Under the pieces are notes generated by a model that made no database searches, was not told the origin of the DNA, and saw nothing but the letters and a program-made list of their open reading frames with translations. A stretch of 63,884 nt of DNA, the filler included, from Lenisia limosa (taxonomy: Eukaryota; Protista; Breviatea), in the NCBI GenBank assembly GCA_001655205.1. It is 6 parts of 6 records of this genome, joined end to end, with 100 filler letters (N's around TTAATTAATTAA, not from the genome) between each part and the next. Parts side by side here need not be neighbours in the genome. Positions count along the whole stretch, not along the records: positions 32,054 to 53,493 come from LPNZ01005915.1; positions 53,594 to 55,872 come from LPNZ01005988.1; positions 55,973 to 59,327 come from LPNZ01010287.1; positions 59,428 to 62,219 come from LPNZ01006338.1; 2 more parts are not named here. The stretch is one strand, 5' to 3'. Position numbers and translations under genes: made by a program. Each line of letters opens with the position of its first letter. Position 1 is the stretch's first letter. Below are positions 51,001 through 62,219 of this stretch, one piece after another.

Positions 51001-52421
51001 TGTCCGATGGCAAGCTTCTCGAGCCCGGAGTACAGAACTTGAAGGACGTGGAGGAGGCCCTCATCTCACAAAAAGTCGGGGTTTGGCTTCTTATTCAAAG
51101 AATATGAGATATGATGATGTCATTCGTTTATCATGCATCTAATATATTATTTGTATATCATGTATATGATCTACTATTATGTAATAGTGTGATATGATGA
51201 TATTATTACTTTGCTCAGAATCCCTTTAACTGTATTATCACCAAGAAATTTTATACTCTAGCTATTTCCTCACCTTTGCTTCCTTTTCCCTGTCTTATTT
51301 CTTTTGATAATATGATAGATTGGACAAGATAGATAGAAACGATAGAAATAATGAATTCAGGTCCAGTACAAGATCCCGTATTCTTCAGTGTCTACACAGT
51401 CCCACTGCAAGTACCTCACTCTTTCTGAAGGCAAAAGTCTCACAATGGTGTGTAACAGATATCAAAAGTGGTGCTCTTTCGTGCTTCTTTTTTCAACGTT
51501 TCTATGCTTCTCTTTTCAACTTTTCTGTGCTTCTCTTTTCAACGTTTCTGTGCTGTTTCTGATTAGGTTCCCTCCACCGTGTGTTGACTGCTCAGAACGA
51601 CATTTCTATCAAAGTCTGTGCATCATCTCAGAAGCAGGCTGTAAGCTGAATGGACTTGTTTCAAATGTTGTTTCAAATGGGAAATAAAGGCATTTCGAAC
51701 TATCACTCCAATTTTTTATATTTGAATCAACAGCGTGGTAATATTACCCTACCCTCCAAATAATCTGAAAGAATCACAACCAGTTGTTATTTCTTCATCG
51801 CCTCATATCATCCGCAGACACACGATATTGCCAGCATCAGGGCGTACCTTGCCAAGGCCATGGCTCATGAATGTGAAATCACCGATTCCATCAGCAAAGT
51901 CTGTGAACTCACTTTTCGTTTGTTGTTCATTTTACCTACATGTGATATATATTTGCTCTATTTTCCTCTCAGACCCCAGGTATTCGAAGGATTCGTGTCG
52001 ACAACTCTCAAGACCCTCCCCCCCAGCTACGATATCAACAGACCGCTGGTCATCGCAAAGTACGTCTTTTATCTACAAATAGCACGCGATCTCTTTTTCA
52101 TTGATTTTTGAAAGAACAGCTTAGGCAACCAAATTGAGACATCCAATGCGTCCAAAAGTTAATTTCTGAATTTTAAGGATTCAGTTCTGGATTCACCCCT
52201 GGCTCCCTTTTTTTGAGGTTGTTCACTGCTTCAGGTTGAGAGCCCAATCTCAGTTCCACAGTGTGGTGCAGGTTGGGGGCTAAGTATACCCAACACTCAT
52301 TGAGTAATATCGTGGCACTATACCCGCAGTGATCTTTTGGTTGAGATAATTGTTGATTGTTCAGGAGGACGATTTTGTGTACTCAGTTGACCTGGAAAAG
52401 GCTCAAACAATGAGAGCATAG
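48019..52421 (+). CDS. MCMBP: Mini-chromosome maintenance complex-binding protein
   Basis: VTCLN...PAGSLV-LQIRCMVQDQREPEIF; VPRIHVIDF; FADLLGGDSLAAEYLLYCILSQ; MDAGVLQLAANSLVAINESILSDGKLLEPGVQN; RAYLAKAMAHECEITDSISK; EDDFVYSVDLEK...* (TAG 52419-52421). Confidence 0.9.
51485..51555. repeat. ~22-nt x3 intronic tandem repeat
   Basis: cttttcaacgtttctRtgcttct units inside an MCMBP intron. Confidence 0.8.
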
Positions 52422-53119
52422 ACTAGTCCTTCTTATGGTCAAATGGTCATTGCAAGGGAGGTGTTGTTAAGGTTTAGGTAATGTACATTGGTGAAGATGG
52501 AAGTCCCCCTTTTCCTTTTTATTTCAATTCCACTCATCTCCTTATTCATGAGGAAACTGAGCATTGCAAAAGAGAATGGGTAATTATATTACCTCGTTAC
52601 CACACAAGAAACGCTAAATCGCCATACAACCTCAAAGAAAATGTGACTGTGAAGGTATTGCATTTCCTCCCAACCTCCCAATTTCTCAATTTCCTACAAG
52701 ACAAGGTGTGAACGAGGCGTAATGCGTTGTAATATTTAATATCTTAAGTATATGATTATGATACATTATTTTATTACTGATATGATGTTATATTCCTCCT
52801 CATGTGAACGAACTCAACTAACCTTTGTTTTTGTGTTATTGCGGAAAGCGGAAAGGGCATTGTGCCTTTCCACAACATTTCCTCTCTGGTGCGGGCGCCG
52901 GTGCGGGATTTTTTTAATTAAACTAATTCAAATCAAATCCAGTAGTCATCAGCAGGTCATCAGTTACATCAGACCATCAGACAAGACGACAGCCACAGCC
53001 ACACCCCCCGCGTTATCCCTGAGAGGAGCTGAAGGCTAAGGAAGAAGGACTCAACTTGATTTTGTTCAGTCGGAGAACCAAGAAGAGCCTTCCAAGAGCC
53101 TTCTGCATTACAGCTGAAT

Positions 53120-53493
53120 ATGCAAGCCATTAAAAATGCTGCCTATAAGGTGGGCCCTAGGGGGTAAATATATCATTTGATGATTAAAAACGGAAGTAAG
53201 CTGTCATGTTCTTCCGTGTTTCAAGAACAGCACCATTGTCTCTTTGTAACAGCCACAGGTGGTGGGAAAGGAAGAGAAGCCGAAGTCGAAGTGGGAGGAG
53301 TTCAAGGCCTCGTTTGAGATGACGTATCGCCAGCGTATGACGGGCTTCATCATCTGCTTCGCCTTGGGCATTCTGGCGACTTTTGTGGTGAGGGGTTGTA
53401 AGTCGATGTAGAATATTGGCGCACAAGTAATAATTTCAAAGCGAATCATAGGAAACATAAGAGACCAAGAAAGGTTCGACTCCTTCTGAGGTT
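53120..53493 (+). CDS. SFT2: SFT2/Got1-family vesicle transport protein (3' partial)
   Basis: MQAIKNAAYK-VVGKEEKPKSKWEEFKASFEMTYRQRMTGFIICFALGILATFV matches the SFT2D-type 'RxxGFxxCFxxG' N-terminus. The contig ends at 53493. Confidence 0.8.
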
Positions 53494-53593
53494 NNNNNNN
53501 NNNNNNNNNNNNNNNNNNNNNNNNNNNNNNNNNNNNNTTAATTAATTAANNNNNNNNNNNNNNNNNNNNNNNNNNNNNNNNNNNNNNNNNNNN
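53494..53593. other. Artificial contig-joining linker
   Basis: 44N-TTAATTAATTAA-44N. Confidence 0.97.
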
Positions 53594-55282
53594 GGCCAGT
53601 CGCTTCTGCAACACCGCATCCCATCAGGGGGCGGTGTTAAGGCAGAGTTTCGAATGGGAAAGTTGTCTAGGATATTGGAGAATGGGTATCCCTTGAAGCG
53701 ATTTATGTACATTTGATACATTATTCTATTTTGTATTGGTAATGACTCACAGTCAATTTTGAGAAAGGACAAAAAGAGTACCCCCTTTTCATGAAACCCC
53801 ATACATTGGACAACCCCCCACTCCCCGCATTATACAAATTCTGTGTACCTAGGGTTTCACTTCGGTCCGAAAAATACCAACAAAATATCGATAGATTTCG
53901 AGGATTTATCGAGAAATTCTGTCTTTTTTTGAACCGAAGTGAAGACCTATATTCCCCTCCCCTCAACCTGCTCATACACATACAGTGACCAGGATTAGTC
54001 TTGACCGATTTGCTCAATGATTTCCTTAGGAAAATTGGTCAAGACTTAACCCGGTCACTGTGCATAATACAACCTTTCTTAATATTCCCCACCCCCCCCC
54101 CCCACGCCTTCNNNNNNNNNNNNNNNNNNNNNNNNNNNNNNNNNNNNNNNNNNNNNNNNNNNNNNNNNNNNNNNNNNNNNNNNNNNNNNNNNNNNNNNNN
54201 NNNNNNNNNNNNNNNNNNNNNNNNNNNNNNNNNNNNNNNNNNNNNNNNNNNNNNNNNNNNNNNNNNNNNNNNNNNNNNNNNNNNNNNNNNNNNNNNNNNN
54301 NNNNNNNNNNNNNNNNNNNNNNNNNNNNNNNNNNNNNNNNNNNNNNNNNCAACTCTGTTGGCCGATACCACACGAGGGTTACTGCAGTGAAGAGGAGTGG
54401 GAATTAGAGATAATTGACAAGCAAAGTAGCCCAATTACATCGGAAAAGCTCATGACGTCCGCTGTGGCCGAGTCAATGAAGCCGTTATAGGACGCCACCG
54501 TGTTCTGATACTCTACCTCCGTTATGTGCAAGGAGTCTCGCATTGAAAGCAGTTTTTGTTCGGACTGGGGGGGGGGGGGGNNNNNNNNNNNNNNNNNNNN
54601 NNNNNNNNNNNNNNNNNNNNNNNNNNNNNNNNNNNNNNNNNNNNNNNNNNNNNNNNNNNNNNNNNNNNNNNNNNNNNNNNNNNNNNNNNNNNNNNNNNNN
54701 NNNNNNNNNNNNNNNNNNNNNNNNNNNNNNNNNNNNNNNNNNNNNNNNNNNNNNNNNNNNNNNNNNNNNNCTAATCACGAAATGATGAATCTGAAACTCT
54801 AACTCAAAATCCATATCAGGACTATCAAATCTGATATACATGATATATATTATTATAATATGTATTGTATATTATACTATTTCAGTATGTACAATGAGAA
54901 AAAAAAACAGGTTGTATCCGAAGGCGTCCACACCATCACGCTTATTAGAGATATTGGCTAATTGTATCATATTTTAATTCACCCAATCATTTGCCTTACG
55001 GCTCTGTGAACAGAGCTTTCTGCGTGCCTCCCCAGCATACAGTATACATATCATATCATACGATATAGTTGGGGCTTCCCGACGGTCCGAAAAAGAACGC
55101 TTAAATATCGATATTTATCGAGGATTTATCGAGATATTCGGTATTTTTTGGGACCGTACGGAACCCCTAGATATATAGTATACTAGATTTGCATACTTTG
55201 GCCTTTTCCTTGTACGTCGACATTTTGGCAGAGGCAGCCTCAAGCTGTTGGATCTCTGATCCAAGCCGGTTATAGCGTTGCC
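53594..55282 (-). CDS. Fragment of a coiled-coil protein gene (partial)
   Basis: Exons VRQRYNRLGSEIQQLEAASAKMSTYKEKAK (55282-~55195) and SEQKLLSMRDSLHITEVEYQNTVASYNGFIDSATADVMSFSD (~54565-54445). Confidence 0.45.
53850..53949. mobile_element. MITE family 1, TIR type A, full-length (100 bp)
   Basis: tagggtttcacttcggtccgaaaaa...ttttttgaaccgaagtgaagaccta with core tatcgata...tcgaggatttatcgaga. Confidence 0.85.
53983..54060. mobile_element. MITE family 2 (CAGTGACC hairpin, Tc1/mariner-like ends)
   Basis: 28-nt TIRs with 4 mismatches (cagtgaccaggattagtcttgaccgatt / aattggtcaagacttaacccggtcactg); TA on the left flank. Confidence 0.8.
55070..55169. mobile_element. MITE family 1, TIR type B, full-length (100 bp)
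   Basis: tggggcttcccgacggtccgaaaaag...ttttttgggaccgtacggaaccccta with the same TCGA-rich core. Confidence 0.85.
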
Positions 55283-55289
55283 GAACCTG

Positions 55290-55450
55290 GGAGGGGGGGG
55301 GGGTAAAACGAAGGAAATGTATCTGGAATACTGGCAAAAAGGAACTAATCACGAACCAAATGATCTGAACGAGAAAAATTGGAAAATGTGTGAAACAAAA
55401 AAGCCTAAATCAACTCCGTTGGCTGACAACACACAAGGGTTGATAACAAC
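55290..55450. repeat. Dispersed repeat family 3 (G-run, GAAGGAAAT, CTAATCACGAA and AAATCAAC modules)
   Basis: Similar modules at 54771-54812, 56072-56140, 59445-59545, 59630-59690 and 59745-59880. Confidence 0.7.
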
Positions 55451-55872
55451 NNNNNNNNNNNNNNNNNNNNNNNNNNNNNNNNNNNNNNNNNNNNNNNNNN
55501 NNNNNNNNNNNNNNNNNNNNNNNNNNNNNNNNNNNNNNNNNNNNNNNNNNNNNNNNNNNNNNNNNAAAAAAAAACCAGAACCAACTGGGGGGTAAGGTGA
55601 GGGTAGTAGAGTAAAATACGATTGTTGAATAATAAGACAAAACACCTCATAATCTTGCCCTCAAAATCCCTAAGTGGGCTCTGTGCAATTATTTTTTTTG
55701 GAAATTAAATTGTCTGAAATGGAGTTCTCGATACAAAATGTCCCACTTCAATTTCTGAAATTAATTTCCCAATAGATTGCACAGAATCGAAGTTATTCTC
55801 AAATCCTGCGCTAAGAACACCAAACAGGGGATGATGTATACTATATTATATAAATTATTATAACAATGAGAA

Positions 55873-55972
55873 NNNNNNNNNNNNNNNNNNNNNNNNNNNN
55901 NNNNNNNNNNNNNNNNTTAATTAATTAANNNNNNNNNNNNNNNNNNNNNNNNNNNNNNNNNNNNNNNNNNNN
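55873..55972. other. Artificial contig-joining linker
   Basis: 44N-TTAATTAATTAA-44N. Confidence 0.97.
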
Positions 55973-56254
55973 GCTGATATTACCGGCACTTGAGGGGCGC
56001 GGAGGATATTACAGGCAGTTGAGGGGCGCGTTATATTGTTGATATTATGAGGGATGGAGGATATAACTTGGGGAGGGGGAGTGAAACGAAGGAAATTTCG
56101 ATGAAGATTAGCGTAAAGGTGTTAATCATGAATTTAAGTAGATGTCAAAAGGGGGGGGGGGTGGAGGGATACTTACATTTTACCATTATAGACAATTGAA
56201 ACTAAAAAAATCACCTTGTTACTTACCATAAACGGCAACTTGCAACTTACCATA

Positions 56255-59075
56255 AAGGGAAGTTGTCCCGATGGCTATGAACAAAACATTGCCTCCAAGC
56301 GTCTGACTTGCGACTACTCCTCGGGATGGTCGGAAGATGTTACGTGCACACCTGGTGAGGGGTACATCAAATCATCAAATTATCCCCTTTTCTTCATCAT
56401 TATCCCCTTTTATTCCTCAGAAATACATATTTCCTCAACTTTTCAATGACGATATTTTCCCCATAAGCTTTTATTTATTAGGACGCTGTGTAATTCATTT
56501 TTAAAAAATTATTCGAAAAAGTTTGAAATTAAAGGGTCTGAAATTGAGTTTACATGACAATATGTCTCACTTCATTTTTTTCTGTAATTAGTTTCTTTCA
56601 TGTCCAAAATCTTCCTAAAAAACCCCTCAATATCGCTTCTTATCATGAACATTTTTCTACCCTAATATCATCATAATGATCATTTTGCAACCCTCACTAT
56701 TTCCAGTGCAATGCCCCTTCGAAATGGCGGCTAGCAATATCCAATCGTCCAACTGCACGGAAGGTTTGTTTTCATAACAATTATATCATTTGCTTTTGTA
56801 TCACATATAATATAATTATACATGTAATATATGAATGCATAATATACAGAATATCAATATTACTACGTGTGCAAGTAGACAGAAAATATTAGAACCTATT
56901 AAAACATATAGAACATCTAGTCATTGAAACAATACCATTCAATTGGTCTCATAAATTTGCTCACATCATTTTTGATAATCCAGGCCTTTCATACGTCTAT
57001 GGAACAGTATGTGCTCTGTCATGTATTGAAGGTTAGTCATTGTGGTTGTGAAGGAAGGTTGTAAAATCCCAACCACTCAAAGCAATCAAGAACATTGTCT
57101 CATGACTAGGAGAAAACAATCATTGTCTCATTATCCAGGAGAAAACAACGGAGCAAGTCCCTTCGCAACATGTCAGTCGTCCAAATCCTTTACCACCACC
57201 CTTTCTTGCACCACCGCTTTTGGTATGTTTTTATGGCTTTGTGTACAGTCAACCGCCTCTCTCTCTGATCCTAGTTTCAATAGATACTCTTTCTGATCCT
57301 AGTTTCAATAGAGACTTTACTCTCTATGATCCTAGTTTCAATAGAGATTTCACTGCAAAAAAGATGGCCATTTCCTTCTCTATCTTGGACTTTCACCCCC
57401 TTTTTTGTCAAACCGCTTTCGGTCAGTTGTTATGGATTATTCATTGTCCCCCTTATCTATGACACTTCGAAAACAGCCCTTTTTGCACTTATGGGACTCT
57501 TAATCCCCCGTTTCTGTACCGCGTATGGTAATTCGTTTATTACTAACTTGTACACCGCTTATGGTTAGTCTTCACCACCACCCTTTTTTTTTCCTATTAT
57601 GGTAAGTTGTCGAAAAGATCTGTCTTCAATTCCCCTTATCTTTTCTACTTCTAATTCCCTGTGTTTCGCAAACGTTTTGCCAGCTGAACTGATTCTGGGT
57701 TTTGTTTTAAGAAATTCTCCATCTCCCCCTGCCCCTCTTTATATGTTTTTTTTTTGTTGTTGATTTTTGACCCTTATGTGTTTTCTAAATGCTAACCAAA
57801 CCAACAGAGTTGATTCTTATTCTATCTTTACCCTCCCCACCCCCCATTTGGTATAAATATCTTATCGTCTTACACCCCCAGAAAATATTTTAACCTGCGG
57901 AAGAAACAACAATAACCAGCTTGGCAAGGTTTGAAGGGAGAGTGATAACTAGTGGAGGGGGGGATGATGAAGGGACGAATGTAGCATCTTAATCTGAACC
58001 ACCTTTTAAGATTCTATTTCTTTCATCATGTCTCTACCCCAGTACTGTATCATAGTATCTCTTGCGGTCAGTGGATGTACAGTATGATATACAGTGACCG
58101 GGATAAGTATTGACCGATTATCCTTGGGTATCACATCGCTAATCGATCAAGACTTATCCCGGTCACTTACTACCCAGCCAAAAGCACTATATGTAATAGG
58201 ATTATATATAGTATAATCGGATGGATATGAAGATGCTTTTCACGGTCACTGTATACCTTCCATTCTAAGATTTTTATTAAATTCAATTTTAGTTGTTAAT
58301 TTTGTACATTTAAGTTGTTAATTTTGTATTCTTGGTTTTTTTATAAAAAAAAATATTATTCTCCTGCAATATGGTTTCTGCTCCTTCTCAGATTTAATCT
58401 CATTGTTGCAGCCAAATGACACGAATGACCAGCTGTTCCCCCAAAAATACTCTATCGCTTCGTGGGGGAGGGGGGGCTTCCCTACTGTCCCATAAAAGAC
58501 TGATTTTCTCATTAAATCCTCGATATATATCGATATTTTGACCGTAGGGAAGCCCTAGTTCTAACAATAACTTACTCCCACCCCCTCCCGTAACAATCCA
58601 TCAAAAAGACTTAATTTCTCGATAAATCTTCGAAAACTATCGATATTTTAACGTTGTTTTTTGAACCGAAGTGAAGCCTTACTCCTGACAATCTTGGATC
58701 CATTCTAACAATCCCAGATACTTCACGACGGGGAAAGTCAAGGCGGTTTGCGGCTGTTCCGGAGCCATTTGCGNNNNNNNNNNNNNNNNNNNNNNNNNNN
58801 NNNNNNNNNNNNNNNNNNNNNNNNNNNNNNNNNNNNNNNNNNNNNNNNNTACTATTATATAGAAGACAATATGAAGTGCTACTTACCATATAGCAAGACT
58901 TACCATATATAGAAGACAATATGAAGTGCTTACCATATATGTATGTACATATAGATGGCAAAACTTACCAGACTTACCATATATAGAAGACAATCTGAAG
59001 TGCATGGGCCGGAACTACTACCGCACCGTTGTGGATAGCGACGCGACCGGCGTGGTGAGGGGGGAAGAGGTGTAT
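56255..59075 (+). CDS. Partial gene(s): Cys-rich Sushi/CCP-like exons followed by RCC1/BLIP-II-like exons
   Basis: SCPDGYEQNIASKRLTCDYSSGWSEDVTCTP, VQCP...SSNCTE-GLSYVYGTVCALSCIEG, ATCQSSKSFTTTLSCTT; then ENILTCGRNNNNQLG, VLYHSISCG, GKVKAVCGCSGAIC, LKCMGRNYY. Confidence 0.5.
57263..57348. repeat. ~30-nt x3 tandem repeat
   Basis: gatcctagtttcaataga occurs three times. Confidence 0.9.
58092..58168. mobile_element. MITE family 2, second copy
   Basis: cagtgaccgggataagtattgaccgatta / taatcgatcaagacttatcccggtcactt, ~29-nt TIRs with 3 mismatches; preceded by TA. Confidence 0.8.
58472..58557. mobile_element. MITE family 1, TIR type B
   Basis: gggcttccctactgtcc...gaccgtagggaagcccta, with the core in reverse orientation. 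Confidence 0.8.
58601..58681. mobile_element. MITE family 1, type A, one TIR lost
   Basis: ctcgataaatcttcgaaaactatcgata...ttttttgaaccgaagtgaagcctta. Confidence 0.7.
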
Positions 59076-59327
59076 GGTGAAGTGGGGAGAATTTATATGA
59101 TGTATGATATGATATGATATACTCAAGGAGACATTCAAAATAACACTGTACCACTGTACCATTAAAGGAGATTATTGGCCAGCTAAGGTACCTGAGACCA
59201 TGTTGCTGACATATTCTTCCATTTCTTGACAACTTTTAGAAAAGGGTGTTCAAGTTTATAAATAATGCTGGAATATTAAGTTCGGTTCATTAATGAACTA
59301 AACTTTGATGCACTGTTTGAAAATAAA

Positions 59328-59427
59328 NNNNNNNNNNNNNNNNNNNNNNNNNNNNNNNNNNNNNNNNNNNNTTAATTAATTAANNNNNNNNNNNNNNNNN
59401 NNNNNNNNNNNNNNNNNNNNNNNNNNN
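59328..59427. other. Artificial contig-joining linker
   Basis: 44N-TTAATTAATTAA-44N. Confidence 0.97.
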
Positions 59428-59949
59428 ACAAAAAAGGGGGGGGGGGTGGTCAAATGAAGGAAATTTGGATAAGGGAAGCAAAATGTATGGAAACAAAAAA
59501 AAACCCAAAATCAACACTTGGCTGACAACCCACGAGGGCTAATAAAAAAAAAAACAAGCAATACAAACGAACATTCGCTAAAACAAGACAAAACCCAAAT
59601 GGAACAAACACAAACAAACACATAGCGTGTAAAAGAAGGAAATTTCAATGAAGTAGCTGAAAATACCTAATCACGAATAATTTGAACCATTAAATAAACA
59701 TTAGCACCTAAGAGCCAGACAAAAAAATAAAGTTCAAGTCATCCGGGGGAGGGCGGGGAGTAAATTGGAAAATTTATGAAACAAAAAAAAACACCAAATC
59801 AACTCTAAATAAAGGAAATTTCAATGAAGAATATTGGCGTATAGGTACTAATCACGAACCAAATAATCTGAAACTCCAAACAAATAATAATAATAAATAA
59901 AACAAGCAATAACGGGGTCAAACACTCTTTTCTCTCAGAGAGACAAAAC

Positions 59950-60974
59950 ATCGATCAGTTCTGAAGTCCTAGGGGATAGGGAGGTGAAACAGCGGAAACG
60001 GTGAAAACAATATCAAGAATTGGCCACACACAAAGGGTAGCAAAATGTTATTGGAAGCACAATATGCGTAAGGAAAAAAAAAAAAAAAAAAAATNNNNNN
60101 NNNNNNNNNNNNNNNNNNNNNNNNNNNNNNNNNNNNNNNNNNNNNNNNNNNNNNNNNNNNNNNNNNNNNNNNNNNNNNNNNNNNNNNNNNNNNNNNNNNN
60201 NNNNNNNNNNNNNNNNNNNNNNNNNNNNNNNNNNNNNNNNNNNNNNNNNNNNNNNNNNNNNNNNNNNNNNNNNNNNNNNCTTCATCTAGCTACAGTCTAG
60301 TGGTTTCACTTCGGTTCTCCAAAGGATAGATATAGTTACCCGACAGTTTGATACCGAAGTGAAGCCTCCCCACTTTCTTATAAGCACCAAGAGCTTCCTT
60401 ACTAATAAATATCAGCATTTTCCTGGTCTTTTTCAGACTGTAGATATTCCCTAAAATTACCCCACTACATTTTATTGAAGCCCTAATCCCATAATATCAG
60501 TAGCTCAACTCCACACACCGTTCCCTTGAAAGTGCTGTCAATCCTTCGAGAAGAATAGGCACGACAGTCTACAAAATCACAAAGATGATAACGAGGAAGC
60601 ACAGTCTTCCATTTAAACTTCTTGATTTAATCAGACATTCTACAAACCAAACACAACTAATGCTCATTTTGAGGATCGCATTATTCCTATCATTCCCCTA
60701 TCCATACAAGCAAAAACACCAAAACAACACGACGGGTTTGCCTCATAGCAAACCTGATCAAGATAAGGCTTGATAGGAAGGCTTCCAAGGTCAATTCCAG
60801 CCATTCCTTCTGAAATTGCAGAGGCAACTGCCGCCTAAAGCTTGTGAGAGGGGACTAAACACCTATAGAGGAGAGGAAAACTAACAAGGCGCCCACCTCA
60901 TCCACATGCATCTTTTGGTCACCTGAATGGTCAGATTTACACAATATATTATATTAACACAAACCTTGAGACAT
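59950..60974 (-). CDS. DPY30: DPY30/Sdc1 (COMPASS subunit)
   Basis: [56 protein letters not shown] contains the Dpy-30 motif LP.[13 protein letters not shown].GL. The 3' exon probably lies in N gap 60095-60279, so the end is approximate. Confidence 0.85.
60298..60367. mobile_element. MITE family 1, type-A TIRs with a different, shorter interior (DPY30 intron)
   Basis: tagtggtttcacttcggtt...ataccgaagtgaagcct. Confidence 0.7.
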
Positions 60975-61182
60975 AATTACGCCTTCAAAAAGTAGTAAAG
61001 GTCGAAAACTGCCAACTGCGAAAGAAGTTTCGTGTAACGCTATCCAATTTTAGTGTGATACGTATAATTCAGTTAAACTATGCACTAAAGGCTGGAAAAA
61101 TCGAAAAAAAATTGAGGTAGTTTTCACCCGGAACGGAACTTGGTTATCTTGGAAAATTAGAAGAAAACGATCTTTTTTGAAC

Positions 61183-62010
61183 ATGTTCTTTGAGGTATGG
61201 ATTAGGTTGATATAAAACAGGTTTTAACTTATTTAGTTGGAAAGCAAGAGGAAAGTTCACCTCATTCCCAAGTTCCTTGGCCCTAAACTGCACGATCACA
61301 TTAGACAAGTGCTACATCATGACATTGAAGGGCAAGTTTCCATGAAGTTGGTCTTTTTCTCGATCTCCACCCTTACTCATTATCAGATATGGATACCAAC
61401 TCTGCATCACCGAAATTTCAGAGATTCAGAAGGGCCTTATTAAGCCAGGTTGGTTATTTACATGACAGGTCCGATTTATCATGTGGCGTTTTGTGTATGT
61501 CTAACCTTCCATTCATTTTTTTTTTTTTTTTTTTTTTTTTTNNNNNNNNNNNNNNNNNNNNNNNNNNNNNNNNNNNNNNNNNNNNNNNNNNNNNNNNNNN
61601 NNNNNNNNNNNNNNNNNNNNNNNNNNNNNNNNNNNNNNNNNNNNNNNNNNNNNNTGGTTTCAAGTTTACCGCTTTAGGGGAGCGTTTCATCTCTTTTGAA
61701 GTGACGTACAAGGTGCTTGTCTTCAAGCCCTTCAGGAACGAGGTGTTTGACGGCATCGTTATTGATGTGATGGACGTGGGCGGGATTGATGTTGAAGACA
61801 GTATGTACGTGTTGTCTGGGGTCTTATTCATAGGGCTCCACTTTGGTTCGAAAGAAGACTGAATTACTTGATAAATCCTCGAAAACTATCGATTTTTTTT
61901 CTGAACCGAAGTGAAGCCTCACCTATTCGTGGATTGTATTCTCACTGCCTTAGCACGGATTCTATGTACTTTTTGGCCCCTGCCGCGTGATGGTGCCCGA
62001 ACATGTAGGG
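61183..62010 (+). CDS. RPB7: RNA polymerase II subunit RPB7 (3' partial)
   Basis: MFFE-LESKRKVHLIPKFLGPKLHDHIRQVLHHDIEGQ-YGYQLCITEISEIQKGLIKPG-ERFISFEVTYKVLVFKPFRNEVFDGIVIDVMD-HGFYVLFGP. The YG...V.YK..VF.PF..EV.D..V pattern is typical of RPB7. Confidence 0.88.
61831..61921. mobile_element. MITE family 1, type A, in an RPB7 intron
   Basis: tagggctccactttggttcgaaag...gataaatcctcgaaaactatcga...tgaaccgaagtgaagcctca. Confidence 0.8.
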
Positions 62011-62095
62011 GGTGCGGTTCTTGGTCCAAAGACGCAGACTTCACCGCCCTGAACGCTTGAGAATAGACGTAGAAGGCTAGTGAAGATCTCACCTG

Positions 62096-62219
62096 GGGGT
62101 TCTTGCCATGCAAATGCAAGGAGGAGAGGGGGTCTTGCCATGCAAATGCAAGGAGGAGAGGGGTTCTTGCCATGCAAATGCAAGGAGGAGAGGGGGTCTT
62201 GCCATGCAAATGCAAGGAG
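62096..62219. repeat. ~32-nt minisatellite x4, running into the contig end
   Basis: gggggttcttgccatgcaaatgcaaggaggaga repeated. Confidence 0.95.

Noticed and set aside
9000-52421. Blastocystis-style stop codons completed by polyadenylation
   Set aside because: SPT16, the CDK7-like gene, both transporters and MCMBP all have genomic stop codons.
52560-52900. Possible small minus-strand gene between MCMBP and SFT2 (EIEKLG-VTFSLRLYGDLAFLV)
   Set aside because: No consistent start or stop and no recognisable family; support is insufficient.
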